A DNA stretch of 64,000 nucleotides from the human T2T-CHM13v2.0 reference genome, Homo sapiens: assembly GCF_009914755.1 (NCBI RefSeq), contig NC_060931.1. One strand, 5' to 3'. Positions 34,055 through 58,096 of the stretch are shown one piece after another; position 1 is the stretch's first letter, and every line of letters starts with the position of its first letter. The notes under the pieces are model-generated. The model was not told where the DNA came from. It saw only the letters and a list, made by a program, of their open reading frames with translations, and ran no database searches. A program made the position numbers and the translations under genes.

Positions 34055-35289
34055 CTGAAAAGGAAGAGATAATCAGCCTTGGAGCAGGAGGCGGAGGATG
34101 GAGAGAAAGGGAATCGTTCTGGGATCAAAGAGATGTTCTGCTTTGGAAGAAAAGGCCAGGAAGTCCTGAGGGGCGTGTCACCCTCGATGACACTGGCAGA
34201 GTGGACCACACCAGGGGCTGCAGGGGGAGAGGGGCTTCTGTTCCACCCTGGGGAGTGGACAGCCTGGGAGGCCACTGACACAGGTCCTGACACCCCTGGA
34301 GATGGGGAGGAGGGAAGATGGCAGCCTTGGGCATGCTCGTGGCCAGTGTGGAAGATCTTTGATGGAAAAGGCTTTGATGGAAACCTCTGCAGACTGGAGC
34401 CGCTCTAATCAGCTGCTAATTCATTAGGTCAAAAGCAGCAAACCCCGTTCCCAAACCCCGAAGAGTTCCCGTCACTGTGAATTATGTCTTTAGCCTCCAG
34501 CCTGCCATGGGTTTGGGCAGGAACACGCGGTAGCCCACACACGCTGTAATTTCCCAAGGGCAGTGTTCCTTATGGTGACTGACGAGGCCACCGCTAATGC
34601 CCCACTCAGCCATCCAGGAGCCCAGCTGGGGGTTTGGGTTTTTTGGGGAAGGGTCAGTTCTCCTTCTGGAGAAAGGAGGCCAGGATCTCACTCTGTTGCC
34701 CAGGCTGGAGTGCAGTGGGACAATCATGGTAAGAGGGAAAGGTGGGGTTCAAACCCTTGTACGGTGGAAAGAGCCTTATGCCTGTCCCCAAAGCTGCTTG
34801 GAACCTGGTGGGGGGCAGGCTTTAGGCAGCTGCTCTAGGACAGTTCCATTCAGGAGTGACAGGGACCCTCGGCCGCTGATGTTTAATCAAGGACTTCCTT
34901 GGTTTTGGCTTTGAAGACTAACCACAGGTGACATGAGATCTCCCGGGGCTGACAGAAGCTGTTCCTGTCGGGCAACGGCTGGGCTTGGAGTGAACTGTCA
35001 GAGGCCCTCAGCCCCGGGGAGGTGGTGGCGACAGGCATCGCTGCAGGACACCATCTCCCTGGTCTCCTCACGGCCTCCCTGCTCTGTGGCTGGGACAGGG
35101 CCAGGGGTTGGGGCTGGGTGGGGAAGGGAATGAGAGAACCAAGGGCCTCTGCAAAGGCAGCAAAGCAGTCCACAGGCCAGTCAGCAAACACAAAGGGAAA
35201 TGACACTGTCTGCATTTCTTAAAAAAGAGAATGTGTTTATCATCAGAAAAAAAAAGGCTTTAAAAAATTGTAAGGAAGGCTTTAATTGT

Positions 35290-37655
<2,366 letters not shown>

Positions 37656-37659
37656 CAAA

Positions 37660-39640
<1,981 letters not shown>

Positions 39641-41216
39641 TGTATTTTGCTCCTTTGCATGACTCATGTATGACTTCGATAAAAAATAAAACTAACTTAA
39701 AAAAACACATGTCAGTCATTGGAAATATGGATAATGCATTTAAGTATGAAGAACAAAATAGTTATCTTCAGTCTTTGCACACACACCACGTTCCATCTTT
39801 TGCAATGCTTGTGAGTCAGCTCACCCCTTCCTAAACTGAAACTGCTGACTGTGTACCTGGCTCTTCATGGCTATCACCTTGATTAATCTTCACAGAAGCT
39901 CAATTAGGTGGTTTTATTACTCCCATTTTATGGATGAGAAGGTAGGATCTGAGAGTTCAATAACAGAGTGAGATCTCACAGCTAATAAGTGGAAGAGCAG
40001 AGATTCCTACTGAGCCTCCCTGAACTCCACATCATCTGAGCTTAATTAAACTAGCAATCATCCCAGCTAATGTTTATTTAGCATAGCATCTAATCGAACC
40101 AATTATATTCTTTTCTTCCTGAGCTCCAAATCTTCCTCTTTATTACTGTGTGTGTGTGTGTCTGTGTGTAGAGACAGGGCCTCACTATGCTCTGGAATTA
40201 TAGGTGTGAGCCACCGTGCCCAGCCTCTTTATTAATTTAAGCCCTCATTTTGCTGGAATGTATACTCGAATAGCTGCCTCTGAAAAGGCATATGGAGTTG
40301 CTATTTGCCAGATATCATGCTAAATGCTCTATGTCGATTATCTCATTTAATACACAAAACAACCCTATGAGGTAGATACTCCTACGCTCCTTATTTTATA
40401 GAAGAGGAAACTGAGGCACTCAAAGAGAGTTCCAGCAATTTGCCACATGTCTGTCTCATCTCTGTATCCCCAGGAGAAATTAGCATGGAGCTATATTCTT
40501 AGTAGGTGTTCAATATATATATTTGTTGAGTGGATAAATACAAATAAATATCAAATCTTGAATAAAATAAACATTAAGTTTCCCATTGCTTCAAACCCAG
40601 GGAGCCCTCTGGAAATGAGCTGTCTTGGGGGGGCAGACACCTCTTTTTTCCAAGAGCTGCCCCAGTGCAAAAGCTCTGGAAACAGGAGGAGATAAACAGT
40701 TAGTTAGATGAATGCATCTCTGGTTAATTGATTTGCCTGCATGATTGGAGTGAATGGCTTAATATGCAGGGTTTAATTATTCCAATGAAACCTCCACTTA
40801 ATTGAAAGGGCTTCTAGCAAAAAAAGGGAAAGAGATTATTTAAAAGGATGATCTACTGCCCATGAGAAAGGATTGAAGAGACATGGATACATGCCCGGAC
40901 TCCAGCTATACTCAGTGTTTACAGCCTTGAAATGAAAGCTTGATGGAAAAGAGCCAGAATCATCCCTTCATGTACCACCTGCCCCATCCCCTTCATTCCT
41001 ACAAAGAGGGCACTTGCAGAAGCAGCTAGAAAATTCCCCCTGCAAGACTATTCCCTGGTATCCCAGTTAACTTTTTAACCTCTGTCTATCTCAGCTCATT
41101 CAACCAAAATCCTGAGATGATAATATTTCCCATCAATTAACATGCGTTGAGCAATCAGCAGAGCTTCACTGATACATATTTTGAAAGTAGCAATTATCAT
41201 TTTAAATTTGCAGTGG

Positions 41217-41709
41217 TGTGGCAGACATTGCCAGCTGCTGGCCCAATAGCCATTCTCTCTTACTTATTAAGAGATCACCAGTTTTGTTTGGGAACATTAC
41301 TGTGCCCAACCAAAAACCTGTTATTTCCAGCATCCCTTGCAGCTAGGTGGCTATTTGACACGACTCTGGCCAGTGAGATGTAGGTGGAAGTTTCTGGATG
41401 AGTCATATGGGAAGGCTCTTTAAAAGGAGGCAGATTTCAGATGAGAAGAGCCCTTTACTTGTCCTTCTCTTCCTACCTGGAATGTGGGTGTGATGCCTGG
41501 AGGCATAGCAGCTATTTTGTGACAGTGAAGACTAGGCCAGGCTCTAAGGATGTCTGACTAGGATGCTATAAGAACCTCAGGTCATTGATGACAACCCTGG
41601 ACAGCTAACCTTTGAATTCTTGGTCCATGAGAAGAGTAAAACCCCTAGTAGGCAGAAAATCTGATTCTGTTTCTATTATTTGCAGCTGCAAACAGTCCTA
41701 ACAGATACA
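41217..41709 (+). mobile_element. MaLR LTR (MLT1-like solo LTR)
   Basis: Begins TGTGGCAGAC, contains TTCTGGCCAGTGAGATGTA-type core, ends ...CAGTCCTAACAGATACA. Confidence 0.7.
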
Positions 41710-43464
41710 AGTGCCACATACAACGCACACTTTCTAAGTTATATTGGTCCTGGCCACAGACCCCTGATCCCTGAAATCAGAGCAACCCGCTTATCGATCT
41801 ATTCCTTCCCATTCTTTTTTCCTAGAGACAAAACCAAAGTTGGCAAGTGGTCAATAAGAACTAAGTATTTAATACTATCCGTGTCTAAAGTGCTGCGGCG
41901 GACAGAAACAAATGGTGCAGCTCTGAGGGGTGAGCAGTACCATGAGGAGATAAGGATCGCCCAGGAAATTGTAACTCACGGACGACACCCTCAGCCATTG
42001 GTTTAACCACTCCCAGCTTTCAGTGTGTAGGCAGGATGATTTATCTCACCCGCCTTCTGTGGCCCTGCTTTGTATCCCCAGCATGCCCCTCACTGTGCAG
42101 TCAATGCTGTCACTTCTCCAGCCTCTGCCTTATCCCCTGGGCTGCATCTCCCCTTGCATCAGCTCTCACTCTTCCATAGGCACCCTACCTCCTCCCCATG
42201 TCACATTACAGCCGAGCTTCCCGGCCACCATCCCCGGCAAGGCCTAGTCCCTTGGTCCAGAGCACTGCCCGCCACCCCAAGCATCCCCTCAGGCACCAGA
42301 CTGCCTCTAATATTCATACCTGAAGCTCCCCAAGAGGCCACATCATTTTTAGCTGACTCAGGCAAAGGGCCAATGGCTCCTGAAGATAAAAATGTCTCAT
42401 CTTGATTCCTTTTTAGGGAAGGCGAGAGCATCAGTAGGAAGTTAGGAGGGGCTGGTGTGCCCTGAACCCAGAGACCAAGGGCACCACCACATATCATCCC
42501 CCAGCCCCCCGGAATATATCCACACTTATTCTGCAGTGGCTTCAGATTTGTACCAAGACGATGAAGTGTGGAAGGGCACGCACCCCTAGTATTCCCAAAG
42601 GACCCTGCTTCCTGGGTCTCCTTTTTTCTAACGCCACCGCAGAAAAGCTTTTGATAGAAGCCCAATTAGGAGTGACAGATTTAAATTGTTCTGAAATGCA
42701 CATCAATTCATCACGTCCACTTTTTATGAGCATTGGCCCCACCTGGATTTCAGGTCCGTGCACAGGGCTGATTGACAGCTCTGATGGCGACCAGGAGCCA
42801 TGATGGGACCACTCAGCCAGACCCAAATCCCAGAGTGAGGTCACCCTCTCGGACTCCTGTCAAGTCAGACTTGCTACAGGACTGGCTAGGGGGAAACCCT
42901 GGCCTTGATAACGAAATACTCTTCTCTCCTGCTGTTGCCTCTGAAGCCTGGTCAGCAAATCCGCCTTCCCCACAGGAGACTGATAAGCAGTTGCGACCAC
43001 CAGCTGATTCCAATTCAAGACCTCTCTGTGCTTTCAAAGATGGGCTCTTGGCTTCACCTGTGCACTGGATGGAATTTGTTTCATTGCTGTGTTCTTCAGT
43101 GTCCTGGCTGGCATTTTATTGCCTGGGTTGGAAGCAACTTGGGGAGCCCATTGTCCCTCTTTGAGTTCTCCATGTCAGTGTCGTGATTTGCTTGGGCCAC
43201 GCTATCCGGTATGGAGTGGGTTTTTAATAAATATTTGCCGAATTGAGTGCTCTGATGTTTTATGATAAAAACATTCTGTTGTCACAGAATTACATTCAGT
43301 GTCAGTCCACCAAGGAGAATGCAGTGAGCTTAAGTGCTGTGACGGGCCCGGGACGGCTACTCTGCAGTTTTGTCTGACTGCTCCAGTGGAGTGAGGACCC
43401 TTCCTTCATGCCACCTGTGCACTGGGCACAGAACAAATTTTTGTACCACTTCTTTTTTAAATTA

Positions 43465-43765
<301 letters not shown>

Positions 43766-44488
43766 CAGTTTCTGCTTCTTACCCTCTTTTGCCATTGCTG
43801 GTTCATACACCTGTCGTGAATTCCTTGGAGGAGGCCTCACGTGCATCCATTGGTGCCTTTCCAGCACAGCACCTGGCCCTCCTTTGTAGCGTGACGGAAT
43901 AAACAAGTCTCCTGTAGCGTTTAGCCTGGAGACTTGACACGAAAGCAACAGCAAGGTGGGATACAGAGCCTGTGTTTTTGTGCATACATTAAATTCGGGA
44001 GGAGGAGAGGTGGGAGGAAATTGTGTTACTCTTTGGTTTTGGGAAGTTGAGAGACAGTGTGGAAGGTGCAAAATCAGACATGGGACAGGCACTGCCGGAG
44101 ACTTGGGCATTAGCAAGCAAAATCCTGCCCCTGGGAGCCCTTGGGGCTGGCATGTGAATGTGTGGGGTGGGCTCAGCAGCCCCGAGAATCTTCTCAGTGA
44201 AAGAGTTGGGCCCTTGAGTTTTGTAGAAAAGGTGACCAGTATCATCAAATGAGTCCCACTCGGAGAGTGGCCAAGAACCAGAGGTGGAAGAGTCTGTGGG
44301 AGCCACAGTCAGACCTTAAATCTTCCTCATTATCTTCTTCTCATCTTACTCGGCTGCCACTAGAACCCCCAAGGAGCCCGCGACAGGGTTAGGCCAGGCC
44401 AGGCCAGATGCCTTTGGAGTCAACTCCGGGAAAGTGTGCAAAGCGTGGTAATGAGGATATTCCAGACAGACTGCGGGGACGGGGGTCC

Positions 44489-46167
44489 CACTCACTCACT
44501 TGCACATTCACTCACTCGCGCATTCACTCCCACTCACTCATTCACTCATTCATTCACTCATTCATTTACTCACTCATCCACTCATTCACTCATTTACTCA
44601 CTCATCCACTCACTCATTCATTTACTCACTCATCCACTCGCTCACTCTCCCATGCACTCACTCATTTACTCACTCATCCACTCATTCACTCACTCACTCA
44701 TTCACTCACTCATCCACTCATTCACTCACTCATCCACTCATTCACTCACTCATTTACTCGCTCATCTACTCATTCATTCACTCACACATCCATTCACTCA
44801 TTCATCCATTCACTCACTGACTCACTCATCCATTCACTCACTCACTCACTCATTCACTCACTCATCCATTCACTCATTCACTCATTCATTCACTCATTCA
44901 TTTACTCACTCACTCATTCATTTACTCACTCATCCACTCGCTCACTCTCCCATGCACTCACTCATTCACCCACTCATTCATCCACTCACACATCCACTCG
45001 CTTGCACATTCACTCACTCATTCACTCACTCATTTACTCACTCATCCACTCATTCACTCACTCACTCATTCACTCATTTACTCACTCATTTACTTGCTCA
45101 CCCACTCATTCATTCACTCACACATCCATTCACTCATTCATCCATTCACTCACTCACTCACTCACTCATTCAATCACTCTTCCATTCACTCACTCACTCT
45201 TCCACTCACTCACACATCTACTCACTTATCCACTGACTCACTCATGCATTCACTCACTTATTCAGTCACTCATCCATTAACTCATTCACTCACTCATCCA
45301 CTCGTCCATTCACTCACTCATCCACTCACTCAGCCATTCACTCATTCACTCACTCACACATCCACTCACTCATCCACTCATTCATCTATTCACTCATTCA
45401 TTCACTCACTCATCCACTTATTCACTCATGCATTCACTCATCCATTCACTCATTCACTCACTCATCCATTCACTCATTCACTCACTCATCCACTCACTCA
45501 TCCACTCACTCATCCATTCACTCATTCACTCATCCACTCACTCACGCATCTACTCACTTATCCACTGACTCACTCATGCAATCACTCACTTATTCACTCA
45601 CTCATCCATTAACTCATTCACTCACTCATCCACTCATCCATTCACTCACTCATCCATTCACTCACTCACTCGGCCACTTACCCAGCCATTCACTCATTCA
45701 CTCACTCACACATCCACTCACTCATCCACTCATTCATCCACTCACTCACTCATTCATTCACTCACTCATCCACTCACTCATGCATTCACTCATCCATTCA
45801 CTCGTTCATTCACTCATTCACTCACTCTCACTCAATCACTCATTCACTCACTCATCCACTCATTCATTCACTCACTCATCCATTCACTGATTCACTCACT
45901 CATGCACTCACTCACTCATGCATTCACTCATCCATTCACTCACTCATTCATCCCTCACTCACTCATTCACTCACTCACTCACGGATTCACGTGTTCATTC
46001 TCTCACTCACACATTCACTCATTCATTTATTCACTCAATCATTTACTCACTAATGCACACATTCATTCACTCAATCACTCATCCACTCATTCACTCACTC
46101 ATCTGCTCATTAATTAATTCATTTACTCATTCATTCATGTGCTCACTCACTCACTGACTCACTCATT
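44489..46167. repeat. 1.7-kb compound tetranucleotide array (CACT/CATT/CATC)n
   Basis: Direct read; it generates the HSLTHSFT-type spurious ORFs. Confidence 0.98.
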
Positions 46168-46885
46168 AGATTCAAAAAGCATTCCTAGATGCAGAAGTCA
46201 AAAAAATCGAAGAAACTTTGACTATGAGAAGACTCAGGGAATGAAAAATAAGTAAGAATATGCCACACATGACAAATATGGGAGGTTCAGAGACGAGAAA
46301 AAGAGGCAGGGAAAGAGAAACTCAGAGGAAAGATGGTCAAAAGGGCCCCCAGACTCATTGGAAGAAGAAAGAAGTGGCAAGAAAGATCGGGGCTGAGGAG
46401 CAGTGAGAAGGAGATTGGAGGGAAGAAAGAAACCTGGATCCCAGCCCAGTCTGGCCCGTATTTTAAAGTCAAGCATTAGCTCAGAGAATGCAAATCAGAG
46501 CTACAGCAGAGTGATTTACCAAGGGAATGCAGCGTGATCACTCGGGTCACTACCTGCAGCTCAAATGAAGTTATCTCCAGGGCCCAGAGCTGGCCCCGAC
46601 CGCATCACAACCTTCCTTTGAGGAGTCAGCAGGCAGCGGGACACACACCAGGCACCCGTCGCTGCCTTCTGCATTTATAAGACACGCTGGAAATACACTT
46701 AGAATAGACGCAGCGATCAATTTAAAATGCATTTCTAGTTGTGGGGCCATCTATTTTATGAAATACCCTGCAAATGGATAAATGCAGCAGTGCTTCGAAA
46801 CACATTCCCAGGTGTTTGAAAGTAACTTTGCCAACTTTTTCCATTGGCTAGAAGGTCAGTATTTTTTTTTGAAATGCAGATTTCA

Positions 46886-47727
<842 letters not shown>

Positions 47728-48321
47728 AGATCTGGGTTTTATTTAGGTCTTGGACTTCCTTATTTTAACCCAAGGTGTTCAAGGCTTGAGGTCAACACTG
47801 CATTTTCTCATCTATCAGGCTCAGTGGGCAGATTTCCAGGCAGCAGAAGAAAAAGAAGTAGGGTGGTTTTTGAGGGCTAGGCTTGAGTGACTTTGTTAAA
47901 ATAAGAGTCTCTGAGGATGCCGTCTGTTGTAGATTTAGAGAGTTGGGGAGTTGGGTGGCCAGGGTTCCACGGGCCGGGAACCCACAAATAAGGAAGCCAT
48001 AACTCCTGCACTCAGGAGGTTAAAATATTGTAAGTTGTACTTGCTGCTGTGAAGTGACATCGTTCCCTCCAAAAAGGGCAGGGGTTGTAGGGGAAAGGAT
48101 TGCAGGAATTCTAATTAAACAAAAAGAAAGTCAAAACAAAAAAAAAAAACAAAAAACCTTTGCATGAAGAGATAAAAACGGCAGTTCCCCTCTGTGTTCT
48201 AGTGGGAAGGATGTGGTCCTGCAGTCAGAGAGTCCTGGGTTTAAACTTCAGTTGTGCCATTTGTTGCTGTGTGGCCTTGGGCATGTTGCTTACCCTCTCT
48301 GAGCCCCCTTTTATTGGCTGA

Positions 48322-48660
<339 letters not shown>

Positions 48661-49458
48661 ACGAGTAGCACTAACATCTTAAGGCTACTGTGGCACGTAC
48701 AGTGGGCAATGCTACTTAGCTACTCAGCCCACCCCCGTCGGAAGCTAGCAGCAAACTCAGGACAGAAACAAGAAGTCACTACCTACTCGTCCTGTGTAAT
48801 TACCTCCATTCCAAGCAGAATTTAGAGAAAAACTTTAAACATTTACCCTCAAACCTTCTGTCTGAGCTTCCGATTGGAAACTCACCCAGCCGGTGGTGTT
48901 GGCATCTTTCTGTGTCTTCCACGTTCCTCTGGGCAGGGACACACTTCATATTTCCTTGTGTACCCTGGCTTAGCAAGTGTGTTCCATAAACCGGCATTTC
49001 ATATTTATCAAGTGAGTGGTGTCCAGTGGCTAAACGCTGGCTTTCTTTCGCTCATTACAGCTTCTTCCCTTCAGCCGATCAGACCTCTACCTCCCCATGT
49101 GTGGGGAGAGCTTTCACTGTGACTGCTTTCCGGTGCCTGCTGTTCCCACCTAGATGGTTCCGCTGTGCCTGCAGTTTGGAGGTATGCACCAATCCATCTT
49201 GTACTCTCAATCACTCACGGGTTAGAAGCCTAGAATAGATGGCCCTCTGATTTCTGACCTGCAGGGCGCAAACTGTCTTTACCTGGTGAAATGCAGACAG
49301 GCCAGCTGGCCCTATGTCCCACCAGGAGAGCTCTTCATTTGCCAGTGTCCCCAAACATCAGTGTTACGGAAACAACAAACATATCTGCCACCTGCTCCCA
49401 CCCTGGGCAATTTCCAGAATCTGAAGGGCCTTCTTCACTATCAAAGCCAGTCTATTCT

Positions 49459-54038
<4,580 letters not shown>

Positions 54039-56842
54039 TGACAGAAAAGGGAACAAGAACTCAGGGTTTTACGTTGTACCCACAGGTGCAGAGCTGAGAA
54101 AAGGAAAGAGAAATGAAGAACGGCAACTCGGAGGGAGGAGACGGTGGGGGTGGCGCGGGCACCGGGTGCAGGCTGAGAAAGCGAGAGGGCGGTCCGGCCA
54201 GGGGGTGGGGGTGCTGCAACCAGCTCTGGTCACGCCCCTTCTCCTGAGAGCTCCCAGGACTGCAGGCAACTTGCTGAAGAACTTGGGTAATTTCCCGGAG
54301 GCCGGCTCACCTGTTTCCAGCCCATCAGTGATCTTGAAACTTACAAATACTCAGACTCACACTTTCCGCCTATCCGTGCAAGGTAAGAGGAGCCAAACAC
54401 ATCTCGAAATGCACCGATTTTTCTTCTTCTAAGGGGGCAGACTCTCGTGGTGTGCCCCCACCCTCTCTGTTAATGCCTCTATTGTGTAAAAACGTCTTTA
54501 GATAAATTTGTCGGGCTTGGAGCCTGGGGTGGCCATTTCTTTGCACTTTATCTACTACAATCCAAGACCAGCAAACATGAGGCCACGTTTTTCCAGTGGT
54601 TTCTGCCTCCCCCACCACAGTGGTGACGGAAATACGCTCCCCAGCAACAGTGAGAAGACCCTGGGATTCTGCAGGCTCAGAGATCATCTGTACCCTCCCG
54701 CCGTGTAAGTGCAAGACGACAAATGAGATGCAAACAGGGAAGTCTTTCTTACGTTTGCGCCAAATGATACAATCACCAATAATGAAATAAGGCACCTGTG
54801 AAAACTGCACCCAGAAACGGTCGATCAGTATGGACATGAGGTTGTTAAGAATGCGTTTCCTTAGCAGCGAAGAGGGGGTAACTGGCTGCTCTCTGATCAT
54901 CTGTCTCTTCTTCCCTGTGTGCAGGGAGCTATGAAGGAGCCCACTTAGGAAGCCAGGATTTAAGGTGACAGGAGCATATTGCAGGTGGGGCTCCACCTGC
55001 CGGGCAGTGACGGCTGGGGGTCACCCCGAAATCTCTGCACTCAGGGCTGTCAGACGGACGTTACGCGGTATGTGAACTAGAGACACTAAGAGCCTATTAT
55101 TCTGTTTTGCATTTTAAAGGAGGCCTCTGAGGACCAGCTGATGCTTTCAAACCACTTAAGTCAGCGAAGCCCCAAAAAGGCTGTAGTCTCTTGCAAGCAA
55201 AAGTTACCAAGGGGCTGCCGAGGGTCTTCAAGCCCGCAGGACTTAAGAAATTCCCGAGTGTTTCACCAGGAATTGAGGAATCTACTCGGATCCCTTTCAG
55301 GGATCCCGGGGGGAGGGGAACTTCCCCTTTGGGGTCCCCAGTCCTACTGTCTCTTTGGGAAGCTCCTTGTCCCACAGTCGCCTGGTTTGTCCTCCGGTGT
55401 TTGTGGGCAGGGGCTGGGCCTTTGGTGCCCCGGTGGACACCAGCGAGCCACAGCCTCATTTCTTAGCATTTGCAATCTCAAGAGATCCCAGAGGAACCGT
55501 CTGGAAGGTGCTTGCGGGATTGAGGGGTGGGGAACACGAACCCTTCCCAGACCTGGGGAGGGCCAGGCTGCAAGGCCCCACGTTTTGGAAACAGACCCTG
55601 TACACACTTCCTCTCCACCCAGCTGGGGGCCACGGGCAACTCAGGCCTTGAGACACACTCTGTGCACTGAGCCCCACTCCCCGGCCCCTGGCACTGTCCC
55701 AGTCAGAAGAAAATAAGACCCAGTGCCACATGACAACGGGAGCATCCTGGCCTGTGTGGGTCACCGGGCATGTATGGAGAGCGTCTACGGGCTGGATCCA
55801 TGGAGCTCTGTGCAATCCAAGCCACGGCATGAGACAGTCGCCCCAGCACCTGCTGCTGAGACTCCACATCTGGTTTAGGAAATTAGGAGATGCAAAGAGG
55901 TGTGCATGAAGCCATGAAAACACATGGGCACGGACAGGACAAGGGGGCCAGGTGCTGGGGAGAGGGGGTCCCATGGCAGCCCCCCAGGGACAGGGCTTCA
56001 CCAGCGCTGCACCCGCGGGCCTCAGTCACGGGACCGGCCAGTTGGGAAACGTACTCACGCGGTTGTGAGCCAGCTGGGTCCTGGGGGTTCCTCGTGTTCC
56101 TCTCAAATTCTCTCTCCTCCTGTTGATTCCCCAGAAAACACCAAGGCTGTGGGAGAGCAGCCACCTCCCCCGGAAGCCTACACCGACGCCCCACTCAGAT
56201 GCTGCCTCTATTTTTAGCGGGGGCAGAAGTGGGGACTGGGGGTGGGCTGCCTTACTTCCCTCTTTTTTTTTTTTTTGTTCTGAGCAGAATCTGTGGGTGA
56301 CTTTCCATTCATGGGAGTGGGGAGGCTCGGAGAGCAGAAAGGGACCCAGGCCGTGCAGGGCAGGCAGAAACTGCAGGGAACAGGGTGCGTCTGTCATCAG
56401 GGCCAGGAGGGCGGTGGGGCAGGGAGGCAAGGGCAGGAACCCGGCGTCGTCAGTCACTGTTCGCACCTCTGCTCTGCTCTCACCGCTGGGCCCCGGGCCA
56501 CGCCAGACCTCACCCAGGGGACCTCTCTGGCCTCCTCTGCCTCTGAATTCCACAGAGGAGGAAGACTGGCCAGCAGAAGTGCGGGGCCTTGGACATTCCA
56601 GGGAACACTCTTCTATGAGCGTGCATCCCATGATGCATACCCTTTTCCCCTCTGTCTCTTTGAAGTTTGTTAGTGGGTGTGGAGCCCAAAGTACTTTGGA
56701 CTGGAACATCATGGCTGGAACATCGTGTCTTTACCAGAGAATGGAGGGCAACCAGAGTTGTGGGAATGAATGGAGGCAATGCATGAACACCGCCCACCCC
56801 AGCGACCTGTGGATGCAGGCGATCAATTCCTTCCCCAAAGCT

Positions 56843-58096
56843 GTCAACGTCCCCTCCGCTCCTATACAAGCAAACACCAGTTTCTCGGCCATTGCTTCCT
56901 GGCCCTGGCCCTGTGTGCAACAGCACCCAAGTCTACTATCTTAGCAGGCTTCCTCCCTATTTCCCAGCCTATACCAATCACAAGAATACTCGCTGTTTCC
57001 CTTCTTTTCTTCCAAAAAGTTGAGGTGTAATCAGTGAGCTGCATGGGTCTTCAGTACACAGTTCGATGAGTTAGGAAGATGCCCACGCAACCAAGATCTC
57101 AGTCGTGATACAGAGCATGGTGACCCCCACTAAGAAGTTCTCCATGGCCCTTTCCATCCCCCTGTGGCCCCCAAAGGCAACCGCTCCTGTGATTTCCATC
57201 AGCTTTGCCTTTGCTTGAACCTTAGGAGAGTAGAATAATGTGTTGTTCTACTCAGACGTCCCCTCCTTGGGTCTCCAGGAAGCTCTGGGCACCGCAGCTG
57301 TGTACTCCATGCAATGGTTAATTTTCTGTGTCAACTTGACTGGGCTAAGGGATGCCCAGATAGCTGGTAAAACATTTCTGGGTGTGTTGTTGAGGTTGTT
57401 TCTCAGCATTGGAATCAGAGGACTGGGTCAATAAGACCCGTCCTCCTCATTGTGGAAGGGTGCCATCCAATCTGCCGAGGACCCCTGATAGAACAGAAAG
57501 TCGGAGGAGGGAAGAATTTGCCATTTTGAGCTAGGGCATCCATCTTCTTTAGGGTCTGGCTGCTTTCACGCAGCGTGTGAGGCTGGTGTCAGTCACGCAT
57601 TCCTGTTTGTCACTGGGCAGTATTCCATCGAAAATGTCCCACATTTTCCTGACTTGTGTATCTTTCGCTGGACATGTGGGTTGTTTCCTGTTTGCCTGGG
57701 ACCTTCCTGTACAGATCTTCATGTGGACGTGCTGTCATTTCTTTTGAGTAAACGCCCTGGAGTAGGACTGTCTGGGGGAGGAAGACACGGTGCCCCCAGC
57801 CAGGGCCGCCATGGAGAATTGGGGGAGCAGCAGGGACTGACCATGATCTCCTCACACCTCCGCTCTCTGATCATTCCAGCGCTAGCACTTTCTGGGAAGG
57901 CTGGGAAGCTCACTGATTACACCTCAAGTTTTTGGAAGAAACGAAGGGGAACAGCAAGTATTCTTGTGATCGATGTAGGCTGGGAAATAGGGAGGAAGCC
58001 GGCTACGATAGTAGATTTGGGTGCTGTTGCACAGGGAAAGGAAGCAACGGCTGAGAAACTAGTGTTCACTTGCATAGGAGCGGAGTGGACGTTGAC
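56843..58096. repeat. Inverted repeat; arms 56843-57040 and 57907-58096
   Basis: Hand alignment gives ~19 mismatches plus one 8-nt indel over ~190 bp. Confidence 0.95.
57310..57548 (+). mobile_element. MLT2-like (ERVL) LTR 5' fragment, copy 1
   Basis: GGTTAATTTTCTGTGTCAACTTGACTGGGCTAAGGGATGCCCAGATAGCTGGTAAAACATT. Confidence 0.8.

Noticed and set aside
44408-46157. Several long His/Ser/Leu/Thr-rich ORFs
   Set aside because: They arise because the CACT/CATT repeat has few stop codons on this strand; there is no coding signature.
56026-56944. Overlapping 228- and 273-aa ORFs
   Set aside because: No domain or recognisable homology, the longer one starts at a non-ATG codon, and such ORFs are expected in GC-rich intron.
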